A DNA stretch of 64,000 bases, taken from Escherichia phage vb_EcoM-VR5. Shown piece by piece: positions 31,419 through 43,095 of this stretch. The stretch lies in the sequence record NC_028881.1; one strand, given 5' to 3'. Each line of letters begins with the position of its first letter. The stretch's first letter is position 1. Both the position numbers and the translations under genes were made by a program. The notes under the pieces are model-generated. The model did no database searches and was not told the DNA's origin. It saw nothing but the letters and a program-made list of their open reading frames with translations.

Positions 31419-31768
31419 TCTGTGATGCTCCTGAAGTCTTTGGCAAAGGAATCGAAGGAGTTGTTGATTTGTTTTTCGACCAATCCTGGCTTACTTGCCA
31501 CCACGTGCGCCTTCTTCGAATCTTTACGGAGCTTTTCATTTTCTACCTTAATTTTATCCATTCGGGCGTTCATTTCAGTAGTACGGAATTCAATATCAGC
31601 GTATTGGCCATGAAGGTCTTCTAAAGCTTCAGCGTTCTGTTTAGCTGTTTGCTGGGTTGTTTTCAGTTCTTCAGTTAGGGTATCAATACGGCTTGATTGA
31701 TACGAAATAAGACCGTAAGCACCTACTACAATGGCTCCGGCTAAAAGGTAAATACTTAATTTAGACAT
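31415..31768 (-). CDS. inner-membrane spanin (i-spanin)
   Basis: 117 aa; N-terminal TM segment (IYLLAGAIVVGAYGLI) followed by a charged coiled-coil-like region. Confidence 0.7.
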   Translation of the reverse strand: MSKLSIYLLAGAIVVGAYGLISYQSSRIDTLTEELKTTQQTAKQNAEALEDLHGQYADIEFRTTEMNARMDKIKVENEKLRKDSKKAHVVASKPGLVEKQINNSFDSFAKDFRSITE

Positions 31769-32256
31769 TTTGTAATAATCTCGATGATGTCATCACGTGA
31801 CAGGGAATTAATAAGAACCGTTTTAGGATTTTCACACTGAATTTTGTATGTTTCAAACATCACACACAATTCTTCAGAGGTATGGTAAGGACTTGAAATA
31901 CCGAGGCGATTAGTTTTATCACCCAGTGGGTCGCAAATCAAATAGAAAGTGATGCCATCGATTTTAACATTAGGTTGACTGATATTAATGAACACGTTGG
32001 CATCATATTTGGAAAGGTTGTTCTGAAGGAATTCGACCATAGCATTAACAGCTTCCGGCATGGCTTCACGTTTCTCTTCAGTATAACGAGTAGAATATTC
32101 TTTTTGTTTAATTTTCTTTTTAGCATTACGAGCCATCGTAACACGAAGGTCGGTGAGGTAACCAACTGCACGAGAACCTTTAAAAACTTGGATACCGTCA
32201 GTTGAGTCACCATAAGCCTTAACAATCATTTCGTTAGTGATAAGTTGCATGTTCAT
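31756..32256 (-). CDS. alc: Alc-like transcription termination factor, by position and size
   Basis: ORF trimmed to ATG at 32254-32256 (MNMQLITNEM...), placed 7 nt after GAGGAG and downstream of the promoter; 166 aa vs T4 Alc 167 aa. Confidence 0.6.
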   Translation of the reverse strand: MNMQLITNEMIVKAYGDSTDGIQVFKGSRAVGYLTDLRVTMARNAKKKIKQKEYSTRYTEEKREAMPEAVNAMVEFLQNNLSKYDANVFINISQPNVKIDGITFYLICDPLGDKTNRLGISSPYHTSEELCVMFETYKIQCENPKTVLINSLSRDDIIEIITKCLN

Positions 32257-32284
32257 AATGTTCTCCTCATGTTTGTGTAAGGTC

Positions 32285-32313
32285 ATACTATCACATCATG
32301 AGGAGATGTAAAC
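32285..32313 (-). promoter_or_regulatory. early promoter / PeSL-like cassette
   Basis: Minus strand GTTTAC-(17 nt)-TAGTAT with inverted repeat cctcatg...catgagg; same leader as 15687-15744. Confidence 0.55.
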
Positions 32314-33461
32314 TACTCTACCACAATTTCTTTCAAATATTTTTCAGGGATTTGAGCCTTATGATTTTTCAAGAACACAGAGTTAATCTGGTCCATGACT
32401 GTATCATAATTAATACCGCCTACGTACGCCTGCATAAGAATAGAGAACAAACCTGGGAAGTCTTTGAGGATTAACTGTCCGGTAACAGCATAGTCCTTAC
32501 GGTCGCGTCCCTTGAGTTGAGAATAAGCCGCTTCTAACAAGGCTAAAGATTGTTCTAAGTAGTCTAAATGGATACGTTCAAACGCATTGATTTTCTCGAT
32601 GGCAAATGAATCCGTACTGAACAACCCTCGGAGGTCATCAGTTCCACCAGCCACTACAACTTCAAACAAACGTTCGTTATTGTTAATGGAATCCTTAGTA
32701 TGATGCAGTGCACTATACCAAGCAGTTTTGAGTTTAAAGAACGTGCCATCTTTAAGCACAAAGATAAAGCCTTCAATACCCTCTTGTTTACGGATATCGC
32801 CAACAAAATCGCCTTCAGAGAGTTTGTAGCTTTTAACCAAATGCTTACGCAGAGCACCATCTTTAAACAGTTCAGCGTAAGGGATATACTCGCCTGTTTC
32901 GTTATTACGGACGTTCAGTAAGATAAGGTTTGTTTCTTGGTAAGCCAGCACAATACGGTTAGTAGGAGCGACGTACTCAAGGTTGCATGTATATCCTGCT
33001 TTAGTAATTTCTTCTAAACGGGCCGCGAAGGCTTCGTTTTCAGGGAGACGAAGGAAACGTAAAGAATCATACACCATCGACGAATGGATGGAGCCTTTAG
33101 ATTTAACAGAAAGATACTGCCGGTCCATGAAGGTAGAAATCAAGGAACCATCTTCCTTAGCCATAACCAAGTCAATATTTTCTGGCGATAAATCCAGACC
33201 AATGGTCATAGGGTTTTCATCGAGATTAAAGAACTTTTGCATAGGACGAGCCGCAATACGTACAGGACCTTGTTCGTCCATTTCAAACATGATGCCTCTG
33301 CATTCCAGGGCATCGTCCTCCAACCAATCAGAGTATGAGGCATAGTTATAACTAAAGATGCGATAATTGACTCCTAGCGCACTCTGGAAGTCTTTAAAGA
33401 AGAACTTAGATTTAGTTGAGTTTTTAACCAAAGTCATCAAGTTATTATATAATTCAATCAT
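32313..33461 (-). CDS. rnlA: RNA ligase 1
   Basis: 382 aa; matches T4 Rnl1 (YRIFSYNYASYSDWL, ALECRGIMFEMD, KFFNL.ENP, VAPTNRIVLAYQE..IILLNVR.NETGEYI). Confidence 0.9.
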   Translation of the reverse strand: MIELYNNLMTLVKNSTKSKFFFKDFQSALGVNYRIFSYNYASYSDWLEDDALECRGIMFEMDEQGPVRIAARPMQKFFNLDENPMTIGLDLSPENIDLVMAKEDGSLISTFMDRQYLSVKSKGSIHSSMVYDSLRFLRLPENEAFAARLEEITKAGYTCNLEYVAPTNRIVLAYQETNLILLNVRNNETGEYIPYAELFKDGALRKHLVKSYKLSEGDFVGDIRKQEGIEGFIFVLKDGTFFKLKTAWYSALHHTKDSINNNERLFEVVVAGGTDDLRGLFSTDSFAIEKINAFERIHLDYLEQSLALLEAAYSQLKGRDRKDYAVTGQLILKDFPGLFSILMQAYVGGINYDTVMDQINSVFLKNHKAQIPEKYLKEIVVE

Positions 33462-33871
33462 TGCTTTATCCTATGTTGGGTATTCCAAGGTGGATTAAAT
33501 TTCTTTATGAACATTGGCTCTTCAAGAGACATGGTCTCAACTGACATAGTTCCAAGTTCGTTAGTCATTGACAGATTAAAGCACTGCCGTGCATAGAACT
33601 CTACCTTTTTACCCGCCATTAATGCTTCATGAATCAGAATGGACTTAGTCGAATCCGACGTTTGGTCCTTACGATTAATAGCCGTACGATAGTAGTTAAT
33701 ACGCTTACGAAGATTTTTAGTCTTCCCGATGTAGACTAGTATATCATCAACAGCTATAGCATATATGACATTTTGTTTATTTGGAACCGTGATAGGGGCT
33801 ATAGTAGCATCTGTTTGGAGCTCTAGTGTAACGTACTTGATAAAGCTAAATTCATCTGCGATTTCTTTCAT
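33458..33871 (-). CDS. denA: endonuclease II (GIY-YIG family)
   Basis: ORF trimmed to ATG at 33869-33871 (MKEIADEFSFIKY...), 137 aa; near-identical to T4 EndoII incl. NVIYAIA..D.LVYIGKTKNLRKRINYYRTAINRKD. Confidence 0.9.
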   Translation of the reverse strand: MKEIADEFSFIKYVTLELQTDATIAPITVPNKQNVIYAIAVDDILVYIGKTKNLRKRINYYRTAINRKDQTSDSTKSILIHEALMAGKKVEFYARQCFNLSMTNELGTMSVETMSLEEPMFIKKFNPPWNTQHRIKQ

Positions 33872-33879
33872 AGCAATAA

Positions 33880-33893
33880 GGGGCCGAAGCCCC
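33880..33893 (-). terminator. GC tetraloop hairpin between nrdB and denA
   Basis: ggggc-cgaa-gcccc. Confidence 0.45.
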
Positions 33894-33898
33894 ATTCC

Positions 33899-35107
33899 TT
33901 AAAAATATTTCTTGTATGATGCCATTACTTTTTCATCGACATCATTATCAATTTGTGCTACTAAGTAAGAACTGATTTCCACTTCCTGAGGAGCTGCCTG
34001 TACTGCATCAGAGTTCAGATATTCACGAATCCAAGGGTAAGGATGTCGAGTAGGGGCATCAGTAATTGGACACGGTAATCCACACTGCTTCATACGCGAA
34101 ACAGTCAAGTAATCGACAAAAGCACCCATGTTCTGGGTATTTAATCCTGGGCAGGTACCATCTTTGAATAGGTGAGCGGCCCATTCTTTTTCTTGTCGGT
34201 TAACTTCCATGAAAATATCAACTGCTTCTTGTTCAAGCTCTTGAGCAATTTTAACCCATTCATCACCGTCGGTACCAAGTTGGAGTTGACGAATAATGTA
34301 TTGGGTACCCTTAAGGTGAAGCTGTTCATCACGTGCGATGAACTTCATAATCTTGGCATTACCTTCCATGATTTCCATATTCTTGTGGAAGTTAAAGGTG
34401 CATGCGAAAGATACGTAAAAACGAATAGCTTCCAATGCATTGATTACGTGGAGGCAGAGATAAAGAGATTTCATCAATGCTCGTTTAGCAATAGCTTCTT
34501 GTTTGATAGCTCGTTCCAAACGTTGGTCCGCTTCGGGAGTTTCTTTAGCTAGTTCAATAAAAGCAATTTGGTTTTGCCATTGACGTGTTTTCTCAAGAAC
34601 ATCATCATAATAACGACCGATAGATTCGGCGCGTTTCATAATTGCATCATCTAACAGAATTTCATCAAATACCTTAGATGGGTCTGTATAGAGGTTACGC
34701 ATGATATGGGTATACGAACGAGAGTGGATAGTTTCACTAAAGGTCCATGTAGCAACCCATGTATCAAGGCTGGGGTCTGAAATCAATGCTTGGAGTGCAG
34801 CAGACGGTGCACGACCCTGAATACTATCCAGAAGCGATTGGTACTTCAGGTTATTAGTAAAAATATTTTGCTGGAATTGCGGAAGCTTATTAAACTGAGC
34901 GGCATCCATCATCAAGTTAACTTCTTCTGGGCGCCAGAAAAAACTCAACTGCTTTTCACAAAGCTCTTCGAATACTTTATGACGCTGGATATCGTAACGA
35001 GCAATACCCAATCCTGAACCAAAGAACATCGGTTCGACTAAAACATCAACTGGGGTGGTATTAAAAACTGTAGACATATTATTCTCATTTGTTAGTGACT
35101 CATCCAT
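33899..35107 (-). CDS. nrdB: ribonucleotide reductase small subunit
   Basis: 402-aa uninterrupted ORF in the T4 nrdB position (T4 NrdB about 388 aa); no intron-sized interruption. Confidence 0.85.
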   Translation of the reverse strand: MDESLTNENNMSTVFNTTPVDVLVEPMFFGSGLGIARYDIQRHKVFEELCEKQLSFFWRPEEVNLMMDAAQFNKLPQFQQNIFTNNLKYQSLLDSIQGRAPSAALQALISDPSLDTWVATWTFSETIHSRSYTHIMRNLYTDPSKVFDEILLDDAIMKRAESIGRYYDDVLEKTRQWQNQIAFIELAKETPEADQRLERAIKQEAIAKRALMKSLYLCLHVINALEAIRFYVSFACTFNFHKNMEIMEGNAKIMKFIARDEQLHLKGTQYIIRQLQLGTDGDEWVKIAQELEQEAVDIFMEVNRQEKEWAAHLFKDGTCPGLNTQNMGAFVDYLTVSRMKQCGLPCPITDAPTRHPYPWIREYLNSDAVQAAPQEVEISSYLVAQIDNDVDEKVMASYKKYF

Positions 35108-35130
35108 GAGTCAATTATAATCAGATTTTC

Positions 35131-37386
35131 TTAAAGCTTACATGCTGCGCAATCATCGGCTTTAGGAGTTTCGATTTCGTAATCGTCAGTACCAGAGCCA
35201 TCACGGGTATTATGATAATAGAGGTTTTTTCCGCCATAATACCAGAAGTACATCAAGTCGTCAAGCATTACCGACATAGGAACTTTTCCTTTTGGAAAAA
35301 TCTGTGGGTCGTAATATGTATTAGCTGACGCAGATTGGCATACCCATTTCAACATAATCGCTACCTGAGTCAGATAAGGTTTATTACCTTTCTTAACCAG
35401 GGTCCAAGCGTAATCATACAATCCTTGGTTATGTTCTACATTAGGAACTACCTGACGGAAGTTACCTTCTTTAGATTCTTTAATACTTACTGGGCCACGC
35501 GGAGGTTCGATACCGTTGGTAGAGTTTGAAACCTGGCTGCTTGACTCACATGGCATGAGTGCTGATAATGTGCTATTACGGATGCCATGTGCAGATAAGT
35601 CTTCCCGCAACTGCGACCAGTCACAAACGTATTTTGGAGCTGCGATTTGGTCAATCTTTTTATTGTACCAGTCGATAGGAAGCTCGCCTCGAGACCATTT
35701 AGTGTCTGAATAATACTCGCAAGGTCCTTTTTCTTTGGCGAGCTTGATTGATGCTCGGATAAGGCCATACTGTAATCTCTCAAATAATTCATGGGTTAAA
35801 TCATTAGCATCTTCATAAGAAGCAAAGTTGCTTGCCAACCAAGCGGCATAGTTCGTAACACCGACACCCAGGTTACGGCGCTTCTTAGCCTTCAGAGCTT
35901 CAGGAACAGGATAGCTTTGATAATCTAATAGGTTATCCAGTGCTCGCACTTGTACTTCAGCGAGTTCGTTAATCTTGTCTTGGTCTTGCCAATCAAAGTT
36001 ATCCAATACGAATGCAGACAGAGTACATAACCCGATTTCAGCTTCAGGGCTATTTACGTCATTAGTCGGGATTGCAATTTCACAACACAAGTTGCTCTGA
36101 CGAATAGGAGCACGTTCACGAATAAATGGGGTGAAGTTGTTAGTGTTATCTACGAACTGAGGATAAATTCGAGCTGTTCCTGAACGTTCAGTCATGAACA
36201 ATTCGAAGAGGTCACGTGCTTTAATACGTTTCTTACGAATACTAGGGTCTTTTTCAGCCGCTTCATACAATTCGCGGAAACGGTCTTGGTCTTCAAAATA
36301 AGAATAATAAAGCTCACCGCTCATTTCATGAGGACTGAATAACGTGATGTAATCATTTTTACCGAAACGTTCCATCATAAGGTCGTTCAACTGGATTCCG
36401 TAGTCCATATGACGAATACGGTTCTCATCAACGCCTTTGTTGTTTTTCAGAACGAGCAGATTTTCAACTTCCAAATGCCAAATAGGATAATAAGCAGTAG
36501 CAGCGCCGCCACGGATTCCACCTTGTGAACATGATTTAACTGCAGTCTGGAAATGCTTCCAGAATGGAATAACACCGGTATGTTTGACTTCACCCATACC
36601 AATACGAGAACCTTCAGCACGAATCATACCAACGTTGATACCAATACCTGCACGTTTAGAAATATACTCGATTATTGAGTTAGCAGTTTTATTAATTGAT
36701 TTCAGCGAGTCACCTGCTTCAATAACAACGCAAGAACTAAACTGACGGGTCGGGGTACGAGCACCAGCCATAATAGGAGTAGGCAATGAAATCTGACGGG
36801 TGCTAACAGCATCATAAAAACGAATAATATGTGCTAAACGATTACCCGGTTCTTCTTGGTGAAGAGCCATACCAATACACATGATAGAGAATTGAGGGGT
36901 TTCGTAGATTTTACCTGTAGTCTTATCTTTAACCAAGTATTTCTCTTTCAGCTGCATCGCACCAGCGTAGGTCAATTCGAAATCACGCTCATGCTTAATA
37001 TGCGATTCTAAAAAAGTAATCTCTTCTGCAGAATATCGAGACAACAATTCAGGGTCATATTTGCCTTCGTTAACGCAATAGGAAATATGGTCAATAAAAC
37101 TACGAGGTTCAAACTGACCGTAAACTTCTTTACGCAGGGCAAACATCAATTCCTTTGCAGCTACATACTGGTAATCAGGTTCTTCAACCGAAATAAGGTT
37201 GGCTGCAACTTTTACAGTAAGATTCTGGATATCTTTGGTGGTCATACCATCACGAAGATGTGGTTTAATTTCTTCGTATAATTCGTAGGGATCGATTTGG
37301 GTTCCTTCACATCCCCAAGTCAAAACTTTAATAATTTTTTGTGAGTCAAAATCTTGGGATACACCACTACTCTTTTGTACTTGCAT
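35131..37386 (-). CDS. nrdA: ribonucleotide reductase large subunit
   Basis: 751 aa (T4 NrdA 754 aa); class I RNR large-subunit size and position upstream of nrdB. Confidence 0.9.
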   Translation of the reverse strand: MQVQKSSGVSQDFDSQKIIKVLTWGCEGTQIDPYELYEEIKPHLRDGMTTKDIQNLTVKVAANLISVEEPDYQYVAAKELMFALRKEVYGQFEPRSFIDHISYCVNEGKYDPELLSRYSAEEITFLESHIKHERDFELTYAGAMQLKEKYLVKDKTTGKIYETPQFSIMCIGMALHQEEPGNRLAHIIRFYDAVSTRQISLPTPIMAGARTPTRQFSSCVVIEAGDSLKSINKTANSIIEYISKRAGIGINVGMIRAEGSRIGMGEVKHTGVIPFWKHFQTAVKSCSQGGIRGGAATAYYPIWHLEVENLLVLKNNKGVDENRIRHMDYGIQLNDLMMERFGKNDYITLFSPHEMSGELYYSYFEDQDRFRELYEAAEKDPSIRKKRIKARDLFELFMTERSGTARIYPQFVDNTNNFTPFIRERAPIRQSNLCCEIAIPTNDVNSPEAEIGLCTLSAFVLDNFDWQDQDKINELAEVQVRALDNLLDYQSYPVPEALKAKKRRNLGVGVTNYAAWLASNFASYEDANDLTHELFERLQYGLIRASIKLAKEKGPCEYYSDTKWSRGELPIDWYNKKIDQIAAPKYVCDWSQLREDLSAHGIRNSTLSALMPCESSSQVSNSTNGIEPPRGPVSIKESKEGNFRQVVPNVEHNQGLYDYAWTLVKKGNKPYLTQVAIMLKWVCQSASANTYYDPQIFPKGKVPMSVMLDDLMYFWYYGGKNLYYHNTRDGSGTDDYEIETPKADDCAACKL

Positions 37387-37416
37387 AATTTCCTCAATAT
37401 GTTAGGTTCTACATCT

Positions 37417-37441
37417 ATAATAACATAGAACCTGTTAAGCA
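37417..37441 (-). promoter_or_regulatory. MotA-box middle promoter-like element upstream of nrdA
   Basis: Minus strand TGCTTAA-(12 nt)-TATTAT overlapping inverted repeat ggttctac...tagaacc. Confidence 0.45.
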
Positions 37442-37514
37442 TGGACTGATATTTATAGAATGAAATTCAGCCCAATCATAATAATCAAAAATAAGGTACC
37501 TATGATTTGAATTT

Positions 37515-39290
<1,776 letters not shown>

Positions 39291-39291
<1 letters not shown>

Positions 39292-39482
39292 TATAATTTC
39301 CTCAAATATTTTTTAACCATGTAATATTGAAATTCAAACATTCTGGAATCAATTACCCAAATCTGACGTTCAGGACACTCATTCAAACGCACCGCAGAAC
39401 ACCCAAAAGAAAGGAACGAATACTGTTTCTTTTCTGTTTCGGAAAGGCCCGTTCTTAAAAAGCGGAAAAATAAATCATGCAT
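39291..39482 (-). CDS. hypothetical protein
   Basis: ORF 39291-39614 trimmed to internal ATG (MHDLFFRF...) giving an ATGCATGA start/stop overlap with the upstream gene; 63 aa. Confidence 0.4.
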
Positions 39483-39723
39483 TTTTATTTGCCTTAACGA
39501 TTTTCCAATCAGCTTTGAACTGGTCGACATCCGAGTGATAAATCCAGAATCCGGATGATATACCGTCTTCGTAAAGAGGGCAACCGTCACATTCATCTTT
39601 CCAACCCATATCACACAAAGCTTGTTCAGCTTTTTCTAGAGCTTCCGGGTTGTTACCTTGGATTGTGAAGTACCATTTGCCTTTAACTTCAGAATCGTTG
39701 ATTGATTCACGTTGTAATTTCAT
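39475..39723 (-). CDS. hypothetical protein
   Basis: 82-aa ORF directly downstream of a promoter cassette. Confidence 0.5.
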   Translation of the reverse strand: MKLQRESINDSEVKGKWYFTIQGNNPEALEKAEQALCDMGWKDECDGCPLYEDGISSGFWIYHSDVDQFKADWKIVKANKNA

Positions 39724-39749
39724 TTTATTCTCCTCAAGTTGATAAGGCT

Positions 39750-39779
39750 ATAGTATCACTACCATAGCCTGGTGTAAAC
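39750..39779 (-). promoter_or_regulatory. early promoter / PeSL-like cassette
   Basis: Minus strand GTTTAC-(18 nt)-TACTAT; variant core ggctatagtatc. Confidence 0.5.
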
Positions 39780-39781
39780 AT

Positions 39782-40009
39782 TTATTTTTGAATTAAGCCC
39801 ATATAAAATTCAGCATCTTCAGCATGCATACCATCACAATACTCGTCAGCCATAAAACGAGTCAGGTCTTCAAGAGGGCCTTGGATTTCAATTTGGATAC
39901 TAAAGAATTGAGTATCTTTGATGTAAGCCATACTCAAAGAAGGATAACGATTACGGATAACTTCGTAAGTGTATTCAAAATCAACGATATCAATATTAAC
40001 ATTAGCCAT
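39782..40009 (-). CDS. hypothetical protein
   Basis: 75-aa acidic ORF flanked on both sides by promoter cassettes. Confidence 0.5.
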   Translation of the reverse strand: MANVNIDIVDFEYTYEVIRNRYPSLSMAYIKDTQFFSIQIEIQGPLEDLTRFMADEYCDGMHAEDAEFYMGLIQK

Positions 40010-40038
40010 TTTATTTTCCTCATGTAGTTGATAGGTCT

Positions 40039-40067
40039 ATAGTATCATGTTTAAAGATATTGTAAAC
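40039..40067 (-). promoter_or_regulatory. early promoter / PeSL-like cassette
   Basis: Minus strand GTTTAC-(17 nt)-TACTAT within gataggtctatagtatcatg core. Confidence 0.55.
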
Positions 40068-40071
40068 TACT

Positions 40072-40341
40072 TTATGAAATTTTATCGAGCCATTTACCAA
40101 GTTTAATCATTTCTTTGGTGGCCTTTTCCATACTTCTGAACTTAACTAATAAAGGATAAGTATCTACACCCATAACTAAAGTGGTTACAAGACTATGCTC
40201 ACCTACAAGCCATAGAGAATACGTTTGAATATCAAGTCCGTAATTTCGGTCTTTATGAACACGTACACCCATCACTTCAAACTGTTTACTGGCTTTTTCT
40301 ACTGCATCCAGGAAATCATCTTTAGTCATATTAAATTCCAA
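40072..40341 (-). CDS. hypothetical protein
   Basis: 89-aa ORF. Confidence 0.5.
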   Translation of the reverse strand: MEFNMTKDDFLDAVEKASKQFEVMGVRVHKDRNYGLDIQTYSLWLVGEHSLVTTLVMGVDTYPLLVKFRSMEKATKEMIKLGKWLDKIS

Positions 40342-40696
40342 AGGTAGCTTTAATCAGGGCAATGACTTCAGCCGCATTTTTATGATTTACCTGCACATGA
40401 ATGGTTTGCGTGTCAACAACAGGAGCATCTTCATCAACTTCCAGGAAGTGACGGAATTCACCTTCAGCGAGTTCAAAGTACTCATCAGCATCATCCATAC
40501 TATCCAGGATGGTGCCATCTTTCATTTCAACTTTTTCGACAAAATAATCGCCATCAATATAGCACATATCCAGGACTTTGAAGGAACTGCCATGCTGTTC
40601 CATCAGCTTGACCATGCGCGAATTATCATCTGGACAGTCGGCGATGAAACGTTTTTTAGCAGCAGGGTCTAATACGTAAGTTTTACCAGTTTCCAT
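40331..40696 (-). CDS. hypothetical acidic protein
   Basis: 121-aa ORF, Asp/Glu-rich. Confidence 0.5.
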   Translation of the reverse strand: METGKTYVLDPAAKKRFIADCPDDNSRMVKLMEQHGSSFKVLDMCYIDGDYFVEKVEMKDGTILDSMDDADEYFELAEGEFRHFLEVDEDAPVVDTQTIHVQVNHKNAAEVIALIKATFGI

Positions 40697-40724
40697 TTTT
40701 ATTTCCTCATGTTTTGATAGGTCT

Positions 40725-40753
40725 ATAGTATCATGTTCCTAGAGGGTGTAAAC
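40725..40753 (-). promoter_or_regulatory. early promoter / PeSL-like cassette
   Basis: Minus strand GTTTAC-(17 nt)-TACTAT within gataggtctatagtatcatg core. Confidence 0.55.
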
Positions 40754-40805
40754 CATTAAATGCCAAAAAGGGAAGACCGAAGTCTTCCCATTATAAATCA
40801 ATAAC

Positions 40806-41717
40806 TTATAGACCAGCTAACAGGTCGTCCAGACCATCGTCATCAGAAGGACTTACTGACGGCTCAGGAGTAGTGGAACGAGCTGGGGTAGACGGTTTAG
40901 AATCATATGCATCAAGGTCTGCACTGAATGCGTCTAGGTCATCACCGATCTTATCAGCGGCAGCAGAAGCTTTAGCGGCAGCACCACCAAGAGCAGCTGT
41001 ACCAACAACTTTCTTAAACTTGGCTTCATTAGTTTCAAAGGATTTGAATTCGAGCAGTTTAGAAAGGTCGTGCATTTCTTCCATCAATTTAGCTTGGTAA
41101 GCTTCGTCATTGATGTTAGGAATTTCGGACTGGTTCATGAACTTGGAATCATCATAGTTCTTGAAGTCGCCAACTTTCTTAGATTTCAGTACGAAGTTCG
41201 CGCCATCAAACGGACAGGTAACATCAATTGGCGTTTCACCAATATCAGTGTCAACTTCAACCATCTGGTTGATTTTATCCATGATTTTCTGACCGAAACG
41301 GAATTTAAACACTTTACCTTCGTTAGCAGGCACTGCACTATCCTTAATAACAAGGATGTTAGCCCAGAAGGAAGTTTTACGTTTCATCAGTTTGTATTCA
41401 GCGTTATTAGTATTAAAGCTGTCGTTCTGGTTCATGTATTTACATACAGGACATGAATCGAAATCACCGTGAGTAGACGTACATGATTCAATATACCATT
41501 GACCATTTTTCTTAAAGCCATGATTAACAAGCTTAACAAATGGTGATGGATTAGCTTCGTCTTTCGAAGGAAGGAATCTAATAACTGCGGTCCCTACGCC
41601 ATTGTCGTCTTTCAATTTCCACTCTGATTTATCGTCGGAAGAGAAAGAACTACCGCCTTTAAGGGCATTAAGCTGAGCGGCAAGTTGAGAAGGATCGCGA
41701 CGTTTAAACATAGACAT
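40806..41717 (-). CDS. 32: single-stranded DNA-binding protein gp32
   Basis: 303 aa; matches T4 gp32 ([33 protein letters not shown] zinc site, TSYWANILV, VTCP..GANFVLK, acidic DLDDLL tail). Confidence 0.95.
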   Translation of the reverse strand: MSMFKRRDPSQLAAQLNALKGGSSFSSDDKSEWKLKDDNGVGTAVIRFLPSKDEANPSPFVKLVNHGFKKNGQWYIESCTSTHGDFDSCPVCKYMNQNDSFNTNNAEYKLMKRKTSFWANILVIKDSAVPANEGKVFKFRFGQKIMDKINQMVEVDTDIGETPIDVTCPFDGANFVLKSKKVGDFKNYDDSKFMNQSEIPNINDEAYQAKLMEEMHDLSKLLEFKSFETNEAKFKKVVGTAALGGAAAKASAAADKIGDDLDAFSADLDAYDSKPSTPARSTTPEPSVSPSDDDGLDDLLAGL

Positions 41718-41815
41718 ATTATTTACCTTATTTGATATATTTAATTATTAACAGTTGGTGTTATCACATTTACCTTGATAACTAGGTTTTGTTGATGAAG
41801 TAATTATATACTACT
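41718..41815 (-). promoter_or_regulatory. gene 32 5' leader; candidate autoregulatory translational operator
   Basis: A/U-rich unstructured tract (ttaataattaaatatatcaaataaggtaaataat) directly 5' of the ATG, as in the T4 gene 32 operator. Confidence 0.4.
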
Positions 41816-42445
41816 TCATGTTAAGCATTTTAATTTAATAAACTCAGGGTCTTCATTAGGAATCCATCCTTTATTAAATTGCTTAATCATACTTTTAGCT
41901 GTTGTTTCGCTAACAGAAATACCGGAACCTATAAGACGGCGCCAGCCACACGTTCTTCCTTGTGAATTTATTATAATATATTTATTATAAGCAATATCAC
42001 TAAGCTTCCAATCATTAGGATTTGCTCTAGAAGTTTTCCAAGGGCGATAATCAGGTTGATTCATGTAATTAGAAGCTTTCATATTAGCTCTAACTTCAGG
42101 GCGTTTAGCCGGATGGGTATGTCCGAAGACTCCAAATCCTCCGCCAGCATAAACCAAATTAAAATAATCATCGTTATCTCTAGCTTGAACTTTCAATTGT
42201 TCAGAACGTTCAATATTGATAACAATATCAAATGGCGTTATAGCCAAAATTTCGACAATAGGCTTTTCTTCTTCAATGGCTCTTTTAAATCTAGGCTGTT
42301 CGCAAGAAGTCCAGTACTCTTTACCTTTACAATCAAACATTACACCATTTTCAAAAGTACAATTAGTTTTAGAACCTATATATAAAAATGGTTTAATGTT
42401 ATTACTTTGCCTCTTAGGCCATAGCATTTTATATACTATATTCAA
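41816..42445 (-). CDS. putative homing endonuclease (SegG position; weak GIY-YIG-like N-terminus)
   Basis: 209-aa basic ORF between 59 and 32; N-terminus IVYKM...(11 aa)...LYIGSKT loosely fits GIY...YIG spacing. Confidence 0.45.
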   Translation of the reverse strand: MNIVYKMLWPKRQSNNIKPFLYIGSKTNCTFENGVMFDCKGKEYWTSCEQPRFKRAIEEEKPIVEILAITPFDIVINIERSEQLKVQARDNDDYFNLVYAGGGFGVFGHTHPAKRPEVRANMKASNYMNQPDYRPWKTSRANPNDWKLSDIAYNKYIIINSQGRTCGWRRLIGSGISVSETTAKSMIKQFNKGWIPNEDPEFIKLKCLT

Positions 42446-43095
42446 AATTTACAACCCTTAATTGTTTCAATGAACAATTTACGAGCTTCTAAATTATCGA
42501 TTATAAGAATTTTCTTATAAGCATTTAATTTAGTTGAATACTTAGACCAAACCAAGTCGTTGGTTTGGTCATCATGTTTATTTATTATGTCCATAAATGA
42601 ATCAAGCAAAATAAACGTTTCGAACGAAATAACATTCGATTGAAGGAGCTTAAAAATATAGCTCGAGTTAACTTTTTTATTATAATCAAAAATTTCAGAA
42701 AGCGCTTGAACTTCCACTTTCTTACTGAAATAATAGATGTTTTTGATATCATCCTCAAAAACTTGTTTTATTCTTTTAAGCCTACCAATATATTCTCGGT
42801 AAAAGACTAAGGCGTCAGCATCACTGATGTCGCCAATCCATGCGTCTTGGTTAGCCACCAAGTTACTCATGAAGATAAGAGCAAGCTCTTTCAAAGTGTA
42901 TTTATCACTCAATTTCTCAAAGAAATATTTGTCACGACGTTTTTGGTAAGCCGTATCAGAGATTCGCATGACCCAGTTATATTTTATAACGTCGTATTTG
43001 GCATTGAAGTGATGTTTGAGCATTAAGTATAATGAATATACGCTCTTACCATTCACCATACGATTATTGTTTGGTGGCATGCGAATCTTAATCAT
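42442..43095 (-). CDS. 59: helicase loader gp59
   Basis: 217 aa, same length as T4 gp59 with long identical runs (KYDVIKYNW, AYQKRRDKYFF, LALIF.SNLVANQDAWIGDISDADALVFYREYIGRLK, SSYIFKLLQSN.ISFETFILLDSF). Confidence 0.95.
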   Translation of the reverse strand: MIKIRMPPNNNRMVNGKSVYSLYLMLKHHFNAKYDVIKYNWVMRISDTAYQKRRDKYFFEKLSDKYTLKELALIFMSNLVANQDAWIGDISDADALVFYREYIGRLKRIKQVFEDDIKNIYYFSKKVEVQALSEIFDYNKKVNSSYIFKLLQSNVISFETFILLDSFMDIINKHDDQTNDLVWSKYSTKLNAYKKILIIDNLEARKLFIETIKGCKF

